Positions 11,224-21,575 of a stretch of 64,000 nucleotides of DNA are shown piece by piece. Origin of the DNA: Candidatus Hydrogenedentota bacterium (GTDB lineage Bacteria > Hydrogenedentota > Hydrogenedentia > Hydrogenedentales > SLHB01); assembly GCA_963668025.2 (NCBI GenBank), contig CAXXTH010000003.1, positions 64,001-128,000 on the forward strand, given 5' to 3'. Position 1 is the stretch's first letter, and each line of letters starts with the position of its first letter. The notes beneath the pieces were generated by a model. That model had not been told where the DNA came from, made no database searches, and saw only the letters and a program-made list of their open reading frames with translations. The translations under genes were made by a program, and so were the position numbers.

Positions 11224-12999
11224 TCACGCTGCGCCTACAGGCGGCGTTGTGGTGTTCGATTCGGCGGCAGGTGGTGTCACAACACTGGGGGCTGGAGCAT
11301 CTCCGCTGCCTGGCGGCTGCGAACTCCCCGGAATAGGCGGTGCAGCCGCAGGCGTGTCAGCCGCTGCCGCCGGCGTGGTTTCCGGCTGGGGCGCTGTTTC
11401 GGCAGGCGCTGCTGGCGCTTGTCCCGCAGCCATCGTCTCTTTCAATTGCGCCACCAAGGTCTTTACTTCCTCGATGCGCGCATTCGGCAACGCAGGATTT
11501 ACTTGAGATGTGTACGCATCAAGCTCCTGCACCGCCTCCGCTAGCATGCCTCGCTGGATTAATAGAAGGCCATTCTCCAGCCGCGCCGGGGCATAGGCAG
11601 GATCAGTTCTTATAGCGGTTGCAAAGGCCTCTCGGGCCCCGCTGATATCGCCCGCTTTCGCCAGAATGCGCCCGCGAATCGTATAGGCGATAGGCCCAGT
11701 GGCATTTTGGCTGATGGCTTTATCTATGGCTTCTTGCGCTTGGACAGCCTGGCCCGTATCGAGGTAAATCGACGCGGCCTGGGCCAGCGCGGCGCTCGCA
11801 AAGGGGCCCGTTTCCTTGCTCAGGGCCTCGAAGACAGGCAAGGCGTCCTGCGGAAATCCCTGCGCTTCCGCGCACACAGCGGCAAAAAAACGCGCGGCGT
11901 CATCTTTGGTGTTTGCATCCACGGCTCGTTTAAAGAGCCCTTCCGCATCGGCCAAATTCCCCCTTAGCAAGGCTTGAAGGCCCAATTGCACCATCGAAGC
12001 GCCTTTCATGCCGGTCTGCCCCTGCAAAGCGGCGTCGAAAGCCCCTTGGCCTTGCTCATCCAACCCAAGCATGTCGAAAATGAAGCCATTGGCCGCATAC
12101 AGATTGGCCAGCGTTTCACCAGAAGCGTTATCGCTCTCGAACTGTTTTTGGGCCAGCGTTAAGTCATTGGAAGCATCGGTGTATTTTCCGCTCAACGCGC
12201 GGGCGACACCCAAAGCCATGCGCGCACGCGCATGGGCGGGCTCTAAGTCGATTGCTTTAGTGAGGGCCGCTATTTGGCCTTCTCCATCGCCGAGGACGCC
12301 CCGGAGCTGTCCCAGTAAAAACCAAGCATCGAAATCACTGGGGGAGCGTTCCACCAATTGTTCGAGTGCGCCCGTCGCCCGTTTCTGGCCATCTTCCGTT
12401 TTGAGCCGGGCATAGCTCAATGCCGCCGCGAAAGCGGCTTTTGTATCCTGCTTATTGATCTTGGAAGCGCTTTCAAAGGACTGGGCTGCTTCGGCGAATT
12501 CCGCGTTGAGCCAATGAAACCGGCCCAAGGTAAACTGGGCCAACGCGTCATCCGGCTTGCTCTTGATATGCGTTTCCAACAGCTTCATGGCTTCCAGGGG
12601 CTTCCCGGCGGCATACAATTTCTCCGCTTTCGCGATGGGATCATGCAACAAAACCATGAGCCCATAAACCGCTCCCGCCAGGATGATTACGACGATAGCG
12701 CCTATCGCGATCCGGGTGAGCCAAGGGCTGGATTCTTTCGATGTCGTTACCGTACTACTGGCGCTCGTTTTGGCTTGGGTGATTTTCTGGCCTGTCAGCA
12801 AATTGGTGCCGCAAGCCACGCAAATAATGTCGCCTTCCTGGATGTATGCGCCGCAATTGGGGCATGTCGCGCTTTCACCAGACCGGGATTTGGGGGCTGG
12901 CCCAGCTCCTTTCCGGAACACGCCCCCGCAATGGACGCAACTGTCTAGTTTCGGGTCGGTCAGACGCCCACAGAATGGACAATTCATCATATTCGCCAC
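11224..12999 (-). CDS. double zinc-ribbon, single TM helix, TPR-repeat protein
   Basis: CPFC..CVHC and CPNC..CVAC, TM IAIGAIVVIILAGAVYGLMVLL, many TPRs, Pro/Ala tail. GTG start with AGGAG. Confidence 0.85.
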   Translation of the reverse strand: MANMMNCPFCGRLTDPKLDSCVHCGGVFRKGAGPAPKSRSGESATCPNCGAYIQEGDIICVACGTNLLTGQKITQAKTSASSTVTTSKESSPWLTRIAIGAIVVIILAGAVYGLMVLLHDPIAKAEKLYAAGKPLEAMKLLETHIKSKPDDALAQFTLGRFHWLNAEFAEAAQSFESASKINKQDTKAAFAAALSYARLKTEDGQKRATGALEQLVERSPSDFDAWFLLGQLRGVLGDGEGQIAALTKAIDLEPAHARARMALGVARALSGKYTDASNDLTLAQKQFESDNASGETLANLYAANGFIFDMLGLDEQGQGAFDAALQGQTGMKGASMVQLGLQALLRGNLADAEGLFKRAVDANTKDDAARFFAAVCAEAQGFPQDALPVFEALSKETGPFASAALAQAASIYLDTGQAVQAQEAIDKAISQNATGPIAYTIRGRILAKAGDISGAREAFATAIRTDPAYAPARLENGLLLIQRGMLAEAVQELDAYTSQVNPALPNARIEEVKTLVAQLKETMAAGQAPAAPAETAPQPETTPAAAADTPAAAPPIPGSSQPPGSGDAPAPSVVTPPAAESNTTTPPVGAA

Positions 13000-13061
13000 G
13001 GCCACAACTCCTGGTTCATCTAGCTGGCGTATGGCCAGTTCGCATGCACCGTTAACCGGCG

Positions 13062-13244
13062 TTATTCCTGTTTCGGGAACGGAGCGCCGCATGCCGAACA
13101 TCGTTCCGCATCAAGCGGACTGCGCGCGCCGCATGACCGGCACTTCACGCGCAGCAGCGAAGACACGCTGAGAACCGCCACTGAGGCGATGATGCCTAGC
13201 ATCACGGCCAAATATACCGTGCTGGACATATCCTTCGTCTCCAT
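13062..13244 (-). CDS. small membrane protein with C-terminal zinc ribbon
   Basis: TM VYLAVMLGIIASVAVLSV followed by CRSC-x10-CSAC. Confidence 0.65.
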   Translation of the reverse strand: METKDMSSTVYLAVMLGIIASVAVLSVSSLLRVKCRSCGARSPLDAERCSACGAPFPKQE

Positions 13245-13432
13245 GTTCGGCGCGCCAAGCGCCACTCCTCACGCTCAGCCTGCACGGGCTCTCTACTTGA
13301 TTGTAGAGGCGAGTAGTGCGCTCTGTCAATTGATATCCTTGCCGCTTATAGATAAGTGCCTGCAAGCATATCGGTTATATCAGGTATTTTTTTCTTCGTA
13401 TGTGAATCATATCTGCAAATAACCCAAGGAGT

Positions 13433-14308
13433 TCATTCAAACTCCAGCCGCTTCAATCCGTCTTTCATCACGATATGTTTTTTAACGCCCAGGTCATCCA
13501 TCCATGCGCGATTCTGGATAGTCTTCCACGGGCCGCTTCCGGGGCCTTCGCCGTGATCATTGTCCCAGAGCCAATCGGGGGTGGGCCACAAGCAGATCGT
13601 CGGACGCACGATCTCATAAAAGGCGCGGGATACGCCTTGCTGCCCATGATGCGCCATCTGAACGACATCGGCCTTCAGCATTTCCGGCGCTTGCAGTTGC
13701 ATCACCTTCTCGCCGCCTTCCATTCCCATGTCGCCCAGAAACAACAGCGTTGTCTTCGGCGTTTTCACGCGGTAGATGACCGTCGAATTATTGATGGGAT
13801 TTTTTGGAATAGCCGCATAATCATTAAGCGCTTGGATTTCCACATCCCCATACACCAAGGGCTGATGGGGGGACAATGGACCTTTCTTGTCAAAAGCTTC
13901 GATTGCTTTATAAAAAACAGACGCCGATTTTACTTCACCCGACTCCGCCCCAAGGACTTCCGTGAGCCAGGCCAGTGATGGAAAAGAAAAAAATACCTGA
14001 TCAATCGCCAGTTCGTTTTTCCCACGCTCCAGATATTCCACCAACGCGTCTACGTGATCATCGTGTATATGAGAGAGCAGCCATGCCTTGACATGGCCGT
14101 CTCCACTGATTTCCCGTATCTGCTTCACTAAGTAATCGCAATCGCCGCGCGTCCCGCCGTCGATGACGATCACGCTGCCGTCATTGGCTTTCAGAATATA
14201 CGACATCATCTGCGAATGGGTCTGGTTAGGCAGTTGCCAGAGTTCCAGCGCAGGTGCGGATGTATTCAACAACAGACCGCTCAACAGGAGAAGAAAAGGC
14301 ATTGGCAT
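13433..14308 (-). CDS. secreted MBL-fold metallo-hydrolase (ComEC/Rec2-like)
   Basis: IVIDGG, SHIHDDH (HxHxDH), NNST, LFLGD, QMAHHG. Confidence 0.85.
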   Translation of the reverse strand: MPMPFLLLLSGLLLNTSAPALELWQLPNQTHSQMMSYILKANDGSVIVIDGGTRGDCDYLVKQIREISGDGHVKAWLLSHIHDDHVDALVEYLERGKNELAIDQVFFSFPSLAWLTEVLGAESGEVKSASVFYKAIEAFDKKGPLSPHQPLVYGDVEIQALNDYAAIPKNPINNSTVIYRVKTPKTTLLFLGDMGMEGGEKVMQLQAPEMLKADVVQMAHHGQQGVSRAFYEIVRPTICLWPTPDWLWDNDHGEGPGSGPWKTIQNRAWMDDLGVKKHIVMKDGLKRLEFE

Positions 14309-14377
14309 GGAAATACGTTCCTTTCAACAGCTTTTATAGATATGCCGACGCATGATTTCCATCTCGGCATTCCTGTG

Positions 14378-14851
14378 TTAGGAAGTAATTAACGGACTAA
14401 ACGGCATGGCATTGCCCGTCAACAAGGAATAAATTAGGCCTATGATATTCAACGCAATGGAGATATACCCCAAAACCAAACCGGCCAGCGCCATGCCCCG
14501 GCCCCGATATAACGCCGGCTCCCGGTTAATCTGGCTTAGTGCAATATGCCCGCAAACAACGGCAGGTATCGCCGTTACACAGCAACATAATCCGAGGATG
14601 CCACAGACCATGCTGGTTATCGCCAGACCAGACGCCCGTGGTTCGGCGCGTTCGAGTGGTATGGCCCCCGTAGGCGTTCTATCCCACAATTCCACCATCA
14701 CATGGGCCGGAATCCAATCAGCCATGCCATCCGTCCATACCAAATCATCGGTTTTCACCTGCCCCGTCCGCAACAGCGCCATGAGTTCCATTTGGGAAAC
14801 AGGTCCAATTTGCTGGCCGCCTTGTGAATAATACCACTGGTATTCTCTCAT
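14378..14851 (-). CDS. GYF_2 (DUF4339) plus DUF4190 membrane protein
   Basis: WYYSQGGQQIGPVS...LVWTDGMADW; GLAITSMVCGI...GHIALSQI...GRGMALAGLVLG. Confidence 0.85.
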   Translation of the reverse strand: MREYQWYYSQGGQQIGPVSQMELMALLRTGQVKTDDLVWTDGMADWIPAHVMVELWDRTPTGAIPLERAEPRASGLAITSMVCGILGLCCCVTAIPAVVCGHIALSQINREPALYRGRGMALAGLVLGYISIALNIIGLIYSLLTGNAMPFSPLITS

Positions 14852-14979
14852 GATATGCTCCTTCGCATATGTATCCCTATATGCTCCGAACCCTGGATTG
14901 CCGCATTGTGCGTGGCCGATACGAAATTGTCAATGCATGGGACGGCATGATAGGCTTTCTCATAAAGGAGCATGTATTC

Positions 14980-15429
14980 ATGTTGAATGTAATTCGCGAA
15001 CTTTTTTCGCCAGCATCCGCGCCAGCGCCGGAGAAGGCCACGGAGCGGCTGCGCGTCGCCACATGCGCGCTGCTGCTGGAAGTGGCGGGAGCCGATGATG
15101 ATTTCGCGCCGGAAGAATGCAGCCGCATCATCCAGGCGCTTCGGGAGCGGTTTGATCTGCCTCAGGAAGAGGCGGAAGAGCTTATCCGCGTGGCGGATGA
15201 ACGCAAGCGAGACACGGTTGATCTCTGGCGTTTTACGAGCATCATCAATGAACAATGCAGCCGGGAGGAGAAGGAAGCCATTATCGAGGAGATATGGCGT
15301 GTCATCTTCGCGGACGGCCATTTGGAAGCCCACGAAGATTATCTCGTCCACAAGCTGGCCCGTTTGTTGAATTTGTCGCATCCCCAGCTCATTACGGCAA
15401 AATCACGCGCCCGCGCGCCCAGAGCGTAA
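14980..15429 (+). CDS. TerB-family protein
   Basis: ALLLEVAGADDDF, FTSIIN, WRVIFADG, HEDYLVHKLARLL. RBS AAGGAG. Confidence 0.85.
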   Translation: MLNVIRELFSPASAPAPEKATERLRVATCALLLEVAGADDDFAPEECSRIIQALRERFDLPQEEAEELIRVADERKRDTVDLWRFTSIINEQCSREEKEAIIEEIWRVIFADGHLEAHEDYLVHKLARLLNLSHPQLITAKSRARAPRA

Positions 15430-15464
15430 CATGCTCAGGTGCATGACGTTATAAAATACCGCTC

Positions 15465-16937
15465 TTACGGTTTGGCCGCTTCAACTGGTACGCGCAACGC
15501 CACGATAAAGGGAGTTTCCCGGCCGCTGCGGGCGACGCGCACGAGGATGGCTTTTCCCGGCAACGCTTTTGCCTTCATGATGCTTCGCAACGCATCGGGC
15601 CCATTAATGGGTTCTTTCGCGGCTTCAACGATCACATCACCGGGCCGTATGTCGCCTTCATACGCGGGGGAGTCTGGTTCCACATCATCTACATATGCGC
15701 CTTTTATGCCGGGCGAAAAACCGAGCGATTGGGCCATATCCGCCGAAAGCTCTTGAACCCGCATTCCCAGAACCAAGCCGCCGAGCACCGATTCCTGCGG
15801 ATCTTCAGGGCGCTCATCCAGGCTCACTGACAACGGAATCGTATTGCCTTCGCGCCACACCTCGACTTGCGCCGCTACTCCGGGCGGCAGGCAAGCCACC
15901 TTGCTCATGAGATCGCTTGCGCTTTCTACAGGCTCTCCATTCACCGTCCGGATGATGTCATATGTCCGCATCCCAGCCCGTTCCGCAGGTGTTTGAGGAT
16001 ACACATTCGCGACGATAGCCCCGAGGCGATCAGGCAAGCTTTCCGCATCCGCGTACTCCGGCGTCACATCATCAATCTCGACGCCCAGATAGCCCCGGGT
16101 CACTTTACCAGCGCTGATGAGTTCCGGCACGATGCGCTCTTTGGCCATGTTGATGGGAATGGCGAATCCAAGGCTTTCCGCGCCCCACACAATCGCGGTG
16201 TTGATGCCGATCACTTCGCCGTCAATATTGCATAAGGGGCCGCCGCTATTGCCCAAATTGATGGCGGCGTCGGTTTGAATGAAGCTGTAAAACTGGATGT
16301 CGGGCAAATTGATGTTATCTTTTTGCCCCCGGCCCAATGCCGAGATGTGGCCGAAGGAAAGAGAGCCCGCGAGATTGTGCGGGCTTCCCACGGCGATGGC
16401 GAACTGGCCCACCTGCAAGGCATCGGAATCACCCAGAGGGGCGGCGGGCAATTCCTTGCCCGTGTCAATCTTGATCACGGCGATATCCGTCTGCGCATCT
16501 TGGCCTATGACAGTTGCTTTATAGGTATTGCCGTCCGCAAGGCGGACTTCTATGCTCTGCGCATCATCAATCACATGATTATTGGTGATGATGTGCCCCG
16601 CCGCATCATAGATGAAACCGGAACCTGCCGCCCGCGGGCGCGGCGCACGGCGTTTTTCCAAATCTTTCCCGGGCGAAGGTTCTGCGTCTTCCTCGTTATC
16701 AGGAGTGGGCAAGCCTAGAAATTTACGCAGATCGTTCAAGTTATTAGGCTCGAGGCCCGCTGGGCCTTCAGGGGTATTGCGCTCGATATTGATGCTTACA
16801 ACCCAAGGGCTGATGCGCTGGCCTGCCTGGACAAATTCGCTTTCGATCTCCTTCAGCATGCCGCCTTCGCCTTGGGCGGGGCCGCATCCCAACAGCGGTA
16901 AAATGACCAGCACATAAGCGGTGCGCAATACCTTCAT
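15465..16937 (-). CDS. HtrA/DegP-family serine protease with two PDZ domains, probable lipoprotein
   Basis: GSGFI, TNNHVI, DIAVIK, IQTDAAINLGNSGGPL, RGYLGV; LLG-C lipobox-like. Confidence 0.92.
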   Translation of the reverse strand: MKVLRTAYVLVILPLLGCGPAQGEGGMLKEIESEFVQAGQRISPWVVSINIERNTPEGPAGLEPNNLNDLRKFLGLPTPDNEEDAEPSPGKDLEKRRAPRPRAAGSGFIYDAAGHIITNNHVIDDAQSIEVRLADGNTYKATVIGQDAQTDIAVIKIDTGKELPAAPLGDSDALQVGQFAIAVGSPHNLAGSLSFGHISALGRGQKDNINLPDIQFYSFIQTDAAINLGNSGGPLCNIDGEVIGINTAIVWGAESLGFAIPINMAKERIVPELISAGKVTRGYLGVEIDDVTPEYADAESLPDRLGAIVANVYPQTPAERAGMRTYDIIRTVNGEPVESASDLMSKVACLPPGVAAQVEVWREGNTIPLSVSLDERPEDPQESVLGGLVLGMRVQELSADMAQSLGFSPGIKGAYVDDVEPDSPAYEGDIRPGDVIVEAAKEPINGPDALRSIMKAKALPGKAILVRVARSGRETPFIVALRVPVEAAKP

Positions 16938-19636
16938 CGAGTTCCTCCTTCTGTCTCCGTGAATACAGGAGCGGGATGGATGGCCTGATGGATCATCCTG
17001 CGCACGGCCTCCTGTTCTGATTCCTCAATTACCTTGCCGGACACCCCGCTGACATAAAACGAGTCTCGCACGCGCCGGGCGTCGGTGACGATGCGGGCCG
17101 TGGCGATGTCCAAGTTCGCCTCGGCGATGGCTCGAGTGATATCATACAAGAGCCCTGTGCGGTCGCCGGTCTGAATGTCAATAACCGTTTGCTGCCGTGA
17201 TGAGTGGTTATCGAAATCGATCCGAGTCTGCACCGGAATGCGCGGCTGCAATAGCGCGAAGAGCCGATGGCGGGAACGCTCGACATACTCCTGAATGCTC
17301 TTACCATCAAGCAGCACCTCTCCCAGCAACCGTTCTACGCTCTTCACTTGGGCGCGTGTCAACGGGCGGTGCTGCCTGGCGTCATTTACGGTAAAACAGT
17401 CTACCACAAACCCATCCGGGCGTGTGAATAGCGCCGCCGAGTTCACGTCGATAAGCTGGGATGAGAACGTGCCGGCAATCTGGAAAAAGAGCCCATGCCG
17501 GTCACGCGTGCAGATCACCATCTCGCTTAATCCGTTCATGGGATTCTCGGAACAACGCACGGCCAAGCCGGTTTGCTGCGCCTCCGCGATGCATTCCAAA
17601 TGTATCGCCACTTGCTCGGGACCAAACGCCATGAAATAGCGCTGTCCAAGCCCTTTCAAATGCGATTCGACTTGCTCTTGAAGGCCGCTCGGAACGCCTT
17701 CCCGGATGGCGACGGCTTTTGGGGAATTCCAGTACTCTTCATCGAAAGACTCAACGCGCCCCAGCAGGCGTTTCACCGTGCGCAGATACAGTTGGAGCAA
17801 TAGCGCGCCTTTCCACTCGCTCCAAACATTTGGCCCTACGGCGTAGAGATCACAAAAGGAAAGTAGAAACAAGGCGCGCAGCCGCTGCTCCGTCTTTACG
17901 GTTTCTGAGAATTGTTCCAGAATGTCTTCATCATCCGTATCACGGAATTGGCTGATGTTATTCATCAGCATGTGATGCTCGACAAGGAAGGCGATGCGTT
18001 CCGCATCTTCCTCAGGCAGGCCGATGCGCTGGCAGATGGCGCGCGAACGGATGACGCTCTCGGCCGCATGAATCTCTCCCGCTGCTTTCCCAAGGTCATG
18101 AAACAAGATGGCCATCACGAGGATATAGGGATCGGAGAGATTTTCGAGGGCCTCCCGCAAGCACCGCCCTACTGCGCCCCCTTCCATCTCAGGAAGCTTC
18201 CCAAGGGCTTCCACGGCCAGCAGCGTGTGCTCATCCACGGGATAATGATGGAAATCCTCATATCGAATTACGCCGCGTATTTCGCCATACTCGGGGATGT
18301 AGTTGGGCAATAAGCCGCTGGCGGCTGCTTGGCGCAGCGCTTTACCCGCTTGGAAAGGCAGGCTGCACAAGGCTAAGAAAAACCGTCGAACTAAATCGCT
18401 GGAACGGAACGTATCATTGACCAGGTGCAAATTGGCCACGACCAGGCGTTCCGAATACCGGCTAAGCTGCACTTGATGCCGCGCGCAGCGCCAATAGATC
18501 TCCATGAGGCGGGCAGGCGTATGGGCAAACCAGTTCGCATCTTGAAGCCCCACAAAGAGCTGGCCGTCCTGAATGATAAACCCCCGGGGCGAATCATCAT
18601 CGCGGTCTATAGCGTCCGTTGGGAAGGGGAAATTGCAGATGCGCACGACAATGCTGAGAAAGCGCCGCAATTTGCTCGCCGCGGCGTAATACTCCTGCAT
18701 GAACTGAAGGATGTTGGACTGATGGGCGCTTTCATAATCAAACGCCTTGGCCACGTGTTTTTGCCACTTGAAGGTGAGGAGATCCTCCGCGCTTCCCGCT
18801 TGAAAATGCAGTTCATTGCGGATACGCCAAATGAACTCCAGCGCTTCCGCGAATTCAAGCTGTTCCTCGGGCGTCAGCAATCCCTGGGCGACGGCCTCAT
18901 CCAGGCTGTCCACATCATGCGACATCATGAGTAGCCATAACGCCGTATGAAAATCACGCAAGCCGCCCGCATTCTCTTTGATATTCGGTTGTGGATTAAA
19001 AATATCCGTTTGCTCCTCCGGAAGGGCGTCGAAACGGTCATGCACTTTCTGCTCCACGAAGCGCTTGGCGAGAGGGCCTGCTTTGAGTTCTTGGATGAAC
19101 AGCTTCATGCGTGCGAAGACCGTGCTGTCCCCGCACACGATGCGCGCCTCGAGAAAGCTGGTGAACGCGTTCATATCTTCCTTAGCAAGTTGCTTGTTTT
19201 CTTTTATGCTGCGAATGCCATATCCCACCACAAAGCCCGAGTCCCAAAGGAAAGGAACAAGAAAACTATTGAGCTGCTTTATCGGCTCATCGAGCTTGCC
19301 GTCGTATAACAAGCAAACATCCAGATCCGAACAGGGGCTCATCTCGGCCCGGCCATATCCCCCCAAGGCGCATAAGCAAATGCGGGAGGTAACTGCACGG
19401 GGAATACACAAGACCGCCATGCCAAATTGGAAAACGCCCCGCAAAATCTCATCGGCGGTTTCCGAGATCATGCGGACGACATTACTGCCCGATTCGCCTT
19501 CCGCGTGGCGGCGGCGAATAGCGGCCCGGCGTTCTTCAGAAAATGCGCGGGTGGCTTCGAGGCATTCCTCCCGGGAGAGCGACGCACTGTCATCTTTGCG
19601 CGCAATAGCTGTCAGTTCTTCAAAACGTCTGGTCAT
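16934..19636 (-). CDS. glnD: [protein-PII] uridylyltransferase/uridylyl-removing enzyme
   Basis: ALGGYGRAEMSPCSDLD, NIKENAGGLRD, HHYPVDEH, FHDLGK, two ACT domains (DRHGLF, DRTGLL). Confidence 0.95.
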   Translation of the reverse strand: MTRRFEELTAIARKDDSASLSREECLEATRAFSEERRAAIRRRHAEGESGSNVVRMISETADEILRGVFQFGMAVLCIPRAVTSRICLCALGGYGRAEMSPCSDLDVCLLYDGKLDEPIKQLNSFLVPFLWDSGFVVGYGIRSIKENKQLAKEDMNAFTSFLEARIVCGDSTVFARMKLFIQELKAGPLAKRFVEQKVHDRFDALPEEQTDIFNPQPNIKENAGGLRDFHTALWLLMMSHDVDSLDEAVAQGLLTPEEQLEFAEALEFIWRIRNELHFQAGSAEDLLTFKWQKHVAKAFDYESAHQSNILQFMQEYYAAASKLRRFLSIVVRICNFPFPTDAIDRDDDSPRGFIIQDGQLFVGLQDANWFAHTPARLMEIYWRCARHQVQLSRYSERLVVANLHLVNDTFRSSDLVRRFFLALCSLPFQAGKALRQAAASGLLPNYIPEYGEIRGVIRYEDFHHYPVDEHTLLAVEALGKLPEMEGGAVGRCLREALENLSDPYILVMAILFHDLGKAAGEIHAAESVIRSRAICQRIGLPEEDAERIAFLVEHHMLMNNISQFRDTDDEDILEQFSETVKTEQRLRALFLLSFCDLYAVGPNVWSEWKGALLLQLYLRTVKRLLGRVESFDEEYWNSPKAVAIREGVPSGLQEQVESHLKGLGQRYFMAFGPEQVAIHLECIAEAQQTGLAVRCSENPMNGLSEMVICTRDRHGLFFQIAGTFSSQLIDVNSAALFTRPDGFVVDCFTVNDARQHRPLTRAQVKSVERLLGEVLLDGKSIQEYVERSRHRLFALLQPRIPVQTRIDFDNHSSRQQTVIDIQTGDRTGLLYDITRAIAEANLDIATARIVTDARRVRDSFYVSGVSGKVIEESEQEAVRRMIHQAIHPAPVFTETEGGTR

Positions 19637-20339
19637 GTTGTTCCTTTTTTCTACGTTTAATGCAGCCAGGCCGCTAATTTAACGTATAGGCAAATAATGC
19701 TTTATATTCCTTGCCACCAGCCAATTCCGCGTATTGCATACAAATAGCACAAAAACACGTATGCGTGAATTGAGCAGCCCTATCTTTGAGCTATTATACT
19801 GCAAGAAAAAAACACCGGGGGGAGGATAACAAAAACGCCAAGTTATTCCCAGCACTGAGCTTGGCTTCATCTTTCAATTGCTGCCAGGCCTATTAATTGG
19901 CCGCCGCGCCGCCGCTGTTCAGTTGTTTTTACATTCCTGCCCCTCCAACTTTATCAGGCGCGTGGCGCAGTTTCAAAAGCACACCCACAATGGATGGCAG
20001 CTATGTTCTTGAGCATATGAATTTCCTGGCATGGTGAAGAAAGTAAAAATATAGTTGCGTTCGCAAGCATTATTCAGTATGATAATTGCCATTGTAAAAT
20101 AAAACGGAGAGACAACCATGGAGCACTAGAAACTCTATGGGAAAAGCGGCGCCGTTAAAAATGATTAAAGAAATCAAGCGGCAGCGCCTACAAACGGCGT
20201 GGCTCTTTTCGCAGAAAATAGGCATGGGCTGCGCAAGGAAGCGGGGTATTATAAAATTTATATGCATGGACTGAATACAATATAGATGCTTGTGTTGTTG
20301 GTAAGAGTGAGTATTTCGATGAAGATCATGGAGGTGAAT

Positions 20340-21563
20340 ATGCAGGCTAGGCACAGAAGCAAACGCTTCATCGCCTTGGGCGCACTTGTGATTGGCATTA
20401 CGCTGATCGGTTACACGGGAGCGGCTGGAGGCGCGGAGCCTTCCAAAGAGGGAGAAGTGGCACCCCCCCCGCCTGAAGTGGCCGCCATAATTGTCCAGCC
20501 CGAAAAGGTCACCTTGACTACCGAATTGCCTGGACGCACCTCGGCATATCTTGTGGCTGAAGTGCGGCCTCAAGTGAACGGTATCGTGCAAAAACGCCTG
20601 TTTGAGGAAGGAAGCAATGTCAAGGAGGGCGATGTCCTTTATGAGATTGCCCCAGCGCCATATCAGGCCGCCTACGACCTCGCGGTTGCCGCTCTCACCC
20701 GGGCGGAAGCCAATGTGCCTCCGATCGAATTGCTGGCCCAACGGCAGAAAGATTTGGTTCCGACCGGAGCCGTTGGCCAACAAGCATACGACGAGGTGAT
20801 CGCCAAGTTGAAACAGGCCAAGGCCGAAATCGAGTACAATAAAGCCGCAATTGAGAGCGCCCGTATTAACTTGGAATATACCCACGTTACGGCTCCGATT
20901 TCCGGGCGAATCGGCAGGTCCAACGTGACCGTGGGCGCGCTTGCTACTGCCTATCAGGGGCCTGCGTTTGCAACGATTCAACAGCTTGATCCAATTTATG
21001 TGGATGTGACTCAATCCACTACTCAAATGCAGCGTCTGCAGACCCGCCTCAAGGAAGGCCAGCTCAGCCATGACGGGGCCAATGTAGACAAGGTTCAGCT
21101 CATTTTAGAAGACGGCTCGGCGTATGCATCCGAAGGAACCATGCAATTCCGAGATGTTACCGTCGATCCCACCACGGGTTCGGTCACCCTGCGCATACTC
21201 TTCCCAAATCCGGATGAAGCTCTTCTGCCGGGCATGTTTGTTCGCGCCGTGGTGACGGAAGGGATCAACGAACAGGCCATTCTGGTTCCCCAACAGGCCG
21301 TTTCACGCAATCCGAAAGGAAACCCCTTGGTTCTGCTCGTCAATGCAGAAGGTAAAGTCGAACAACGAATGCTTACCCTAGACCGCACTATGGGCGACAA
21401 ATGGCTCGTTTCAGAGGGGCTGGCTCCCGGAGAGCAAGTGATCGTCGAAGGTTCACAGCGGGTGCGCCCTGGCGCAGCCGTGAAGGTTATTCCCTGGGAG
21501 GGGGATAAAGCCCAGCCTTCTGCACCCGAAAACACTTCCAATCCTGCGGCTAAAGCGAACTGA
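20340..21563 (+). CDS. acrA: RND efflux periplasmic adaptor (AcrA/MexA family)
   Basis: ELPGRT, AEVRPQVNGI, APISGRIG, QQLDPIYVD, VDPTTGSV, LLPGMFV. Confidence 0.92.
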   Translation: MQARHRSKRFIALGALVIGITLIGYTGAAGGAEPSKEGEVAPPPPEVAAIIVQPEKVTLTTELPGRTSAYLVAEVRPQVNGIVQKRLFEEGSNVKEGDVLYEIAPAPYQAAYDLAVAALTRAEANVPPIELLAQRQKDLVPTGAVGQQAYDEVIAKLKQAKAEIEYNKAAIESARINLEYTHVTAPISGRIGRSNVTVGALATAYQGPAFATIQQLDPIYVDVTQSTTQMQRLQTRLKEGQLSHDGANVDKVQLILEDGSAYASEGTMQFRDVTVDPTTGSVTLRILFPNPDEALLPGMFVRAVVTEGINEQAILVPQQAVSRNPKGNPLVLLVNAEGKVEQRMLTLDRTMGDKWLVSEGLAPGEQVIVEGSQRVRPGAAVKVIPWEGDKAQPSAPENTSNPAAKAN

Positions 21564-21575
21564 CGGAGACGCATA

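Noticed and set aside
14980-15429. Tellurite-resistance or anti-phage ter operon
   Set aside because: A solitary TerB-like gene with no other ter genes; such singletons are common.
20255-20285. TetR/AcrR-type operator upstream of the efflux operon
   Set aside because: The dyad symmetry is too weak to call from sequence alone.
20070-21071. 333-aa minus-strand ORF (likewise 31194-32345 +, 9929-10648 + and similar)
   Set aside because: Antisense shadows of well-supported genes in GC-rich DNA.
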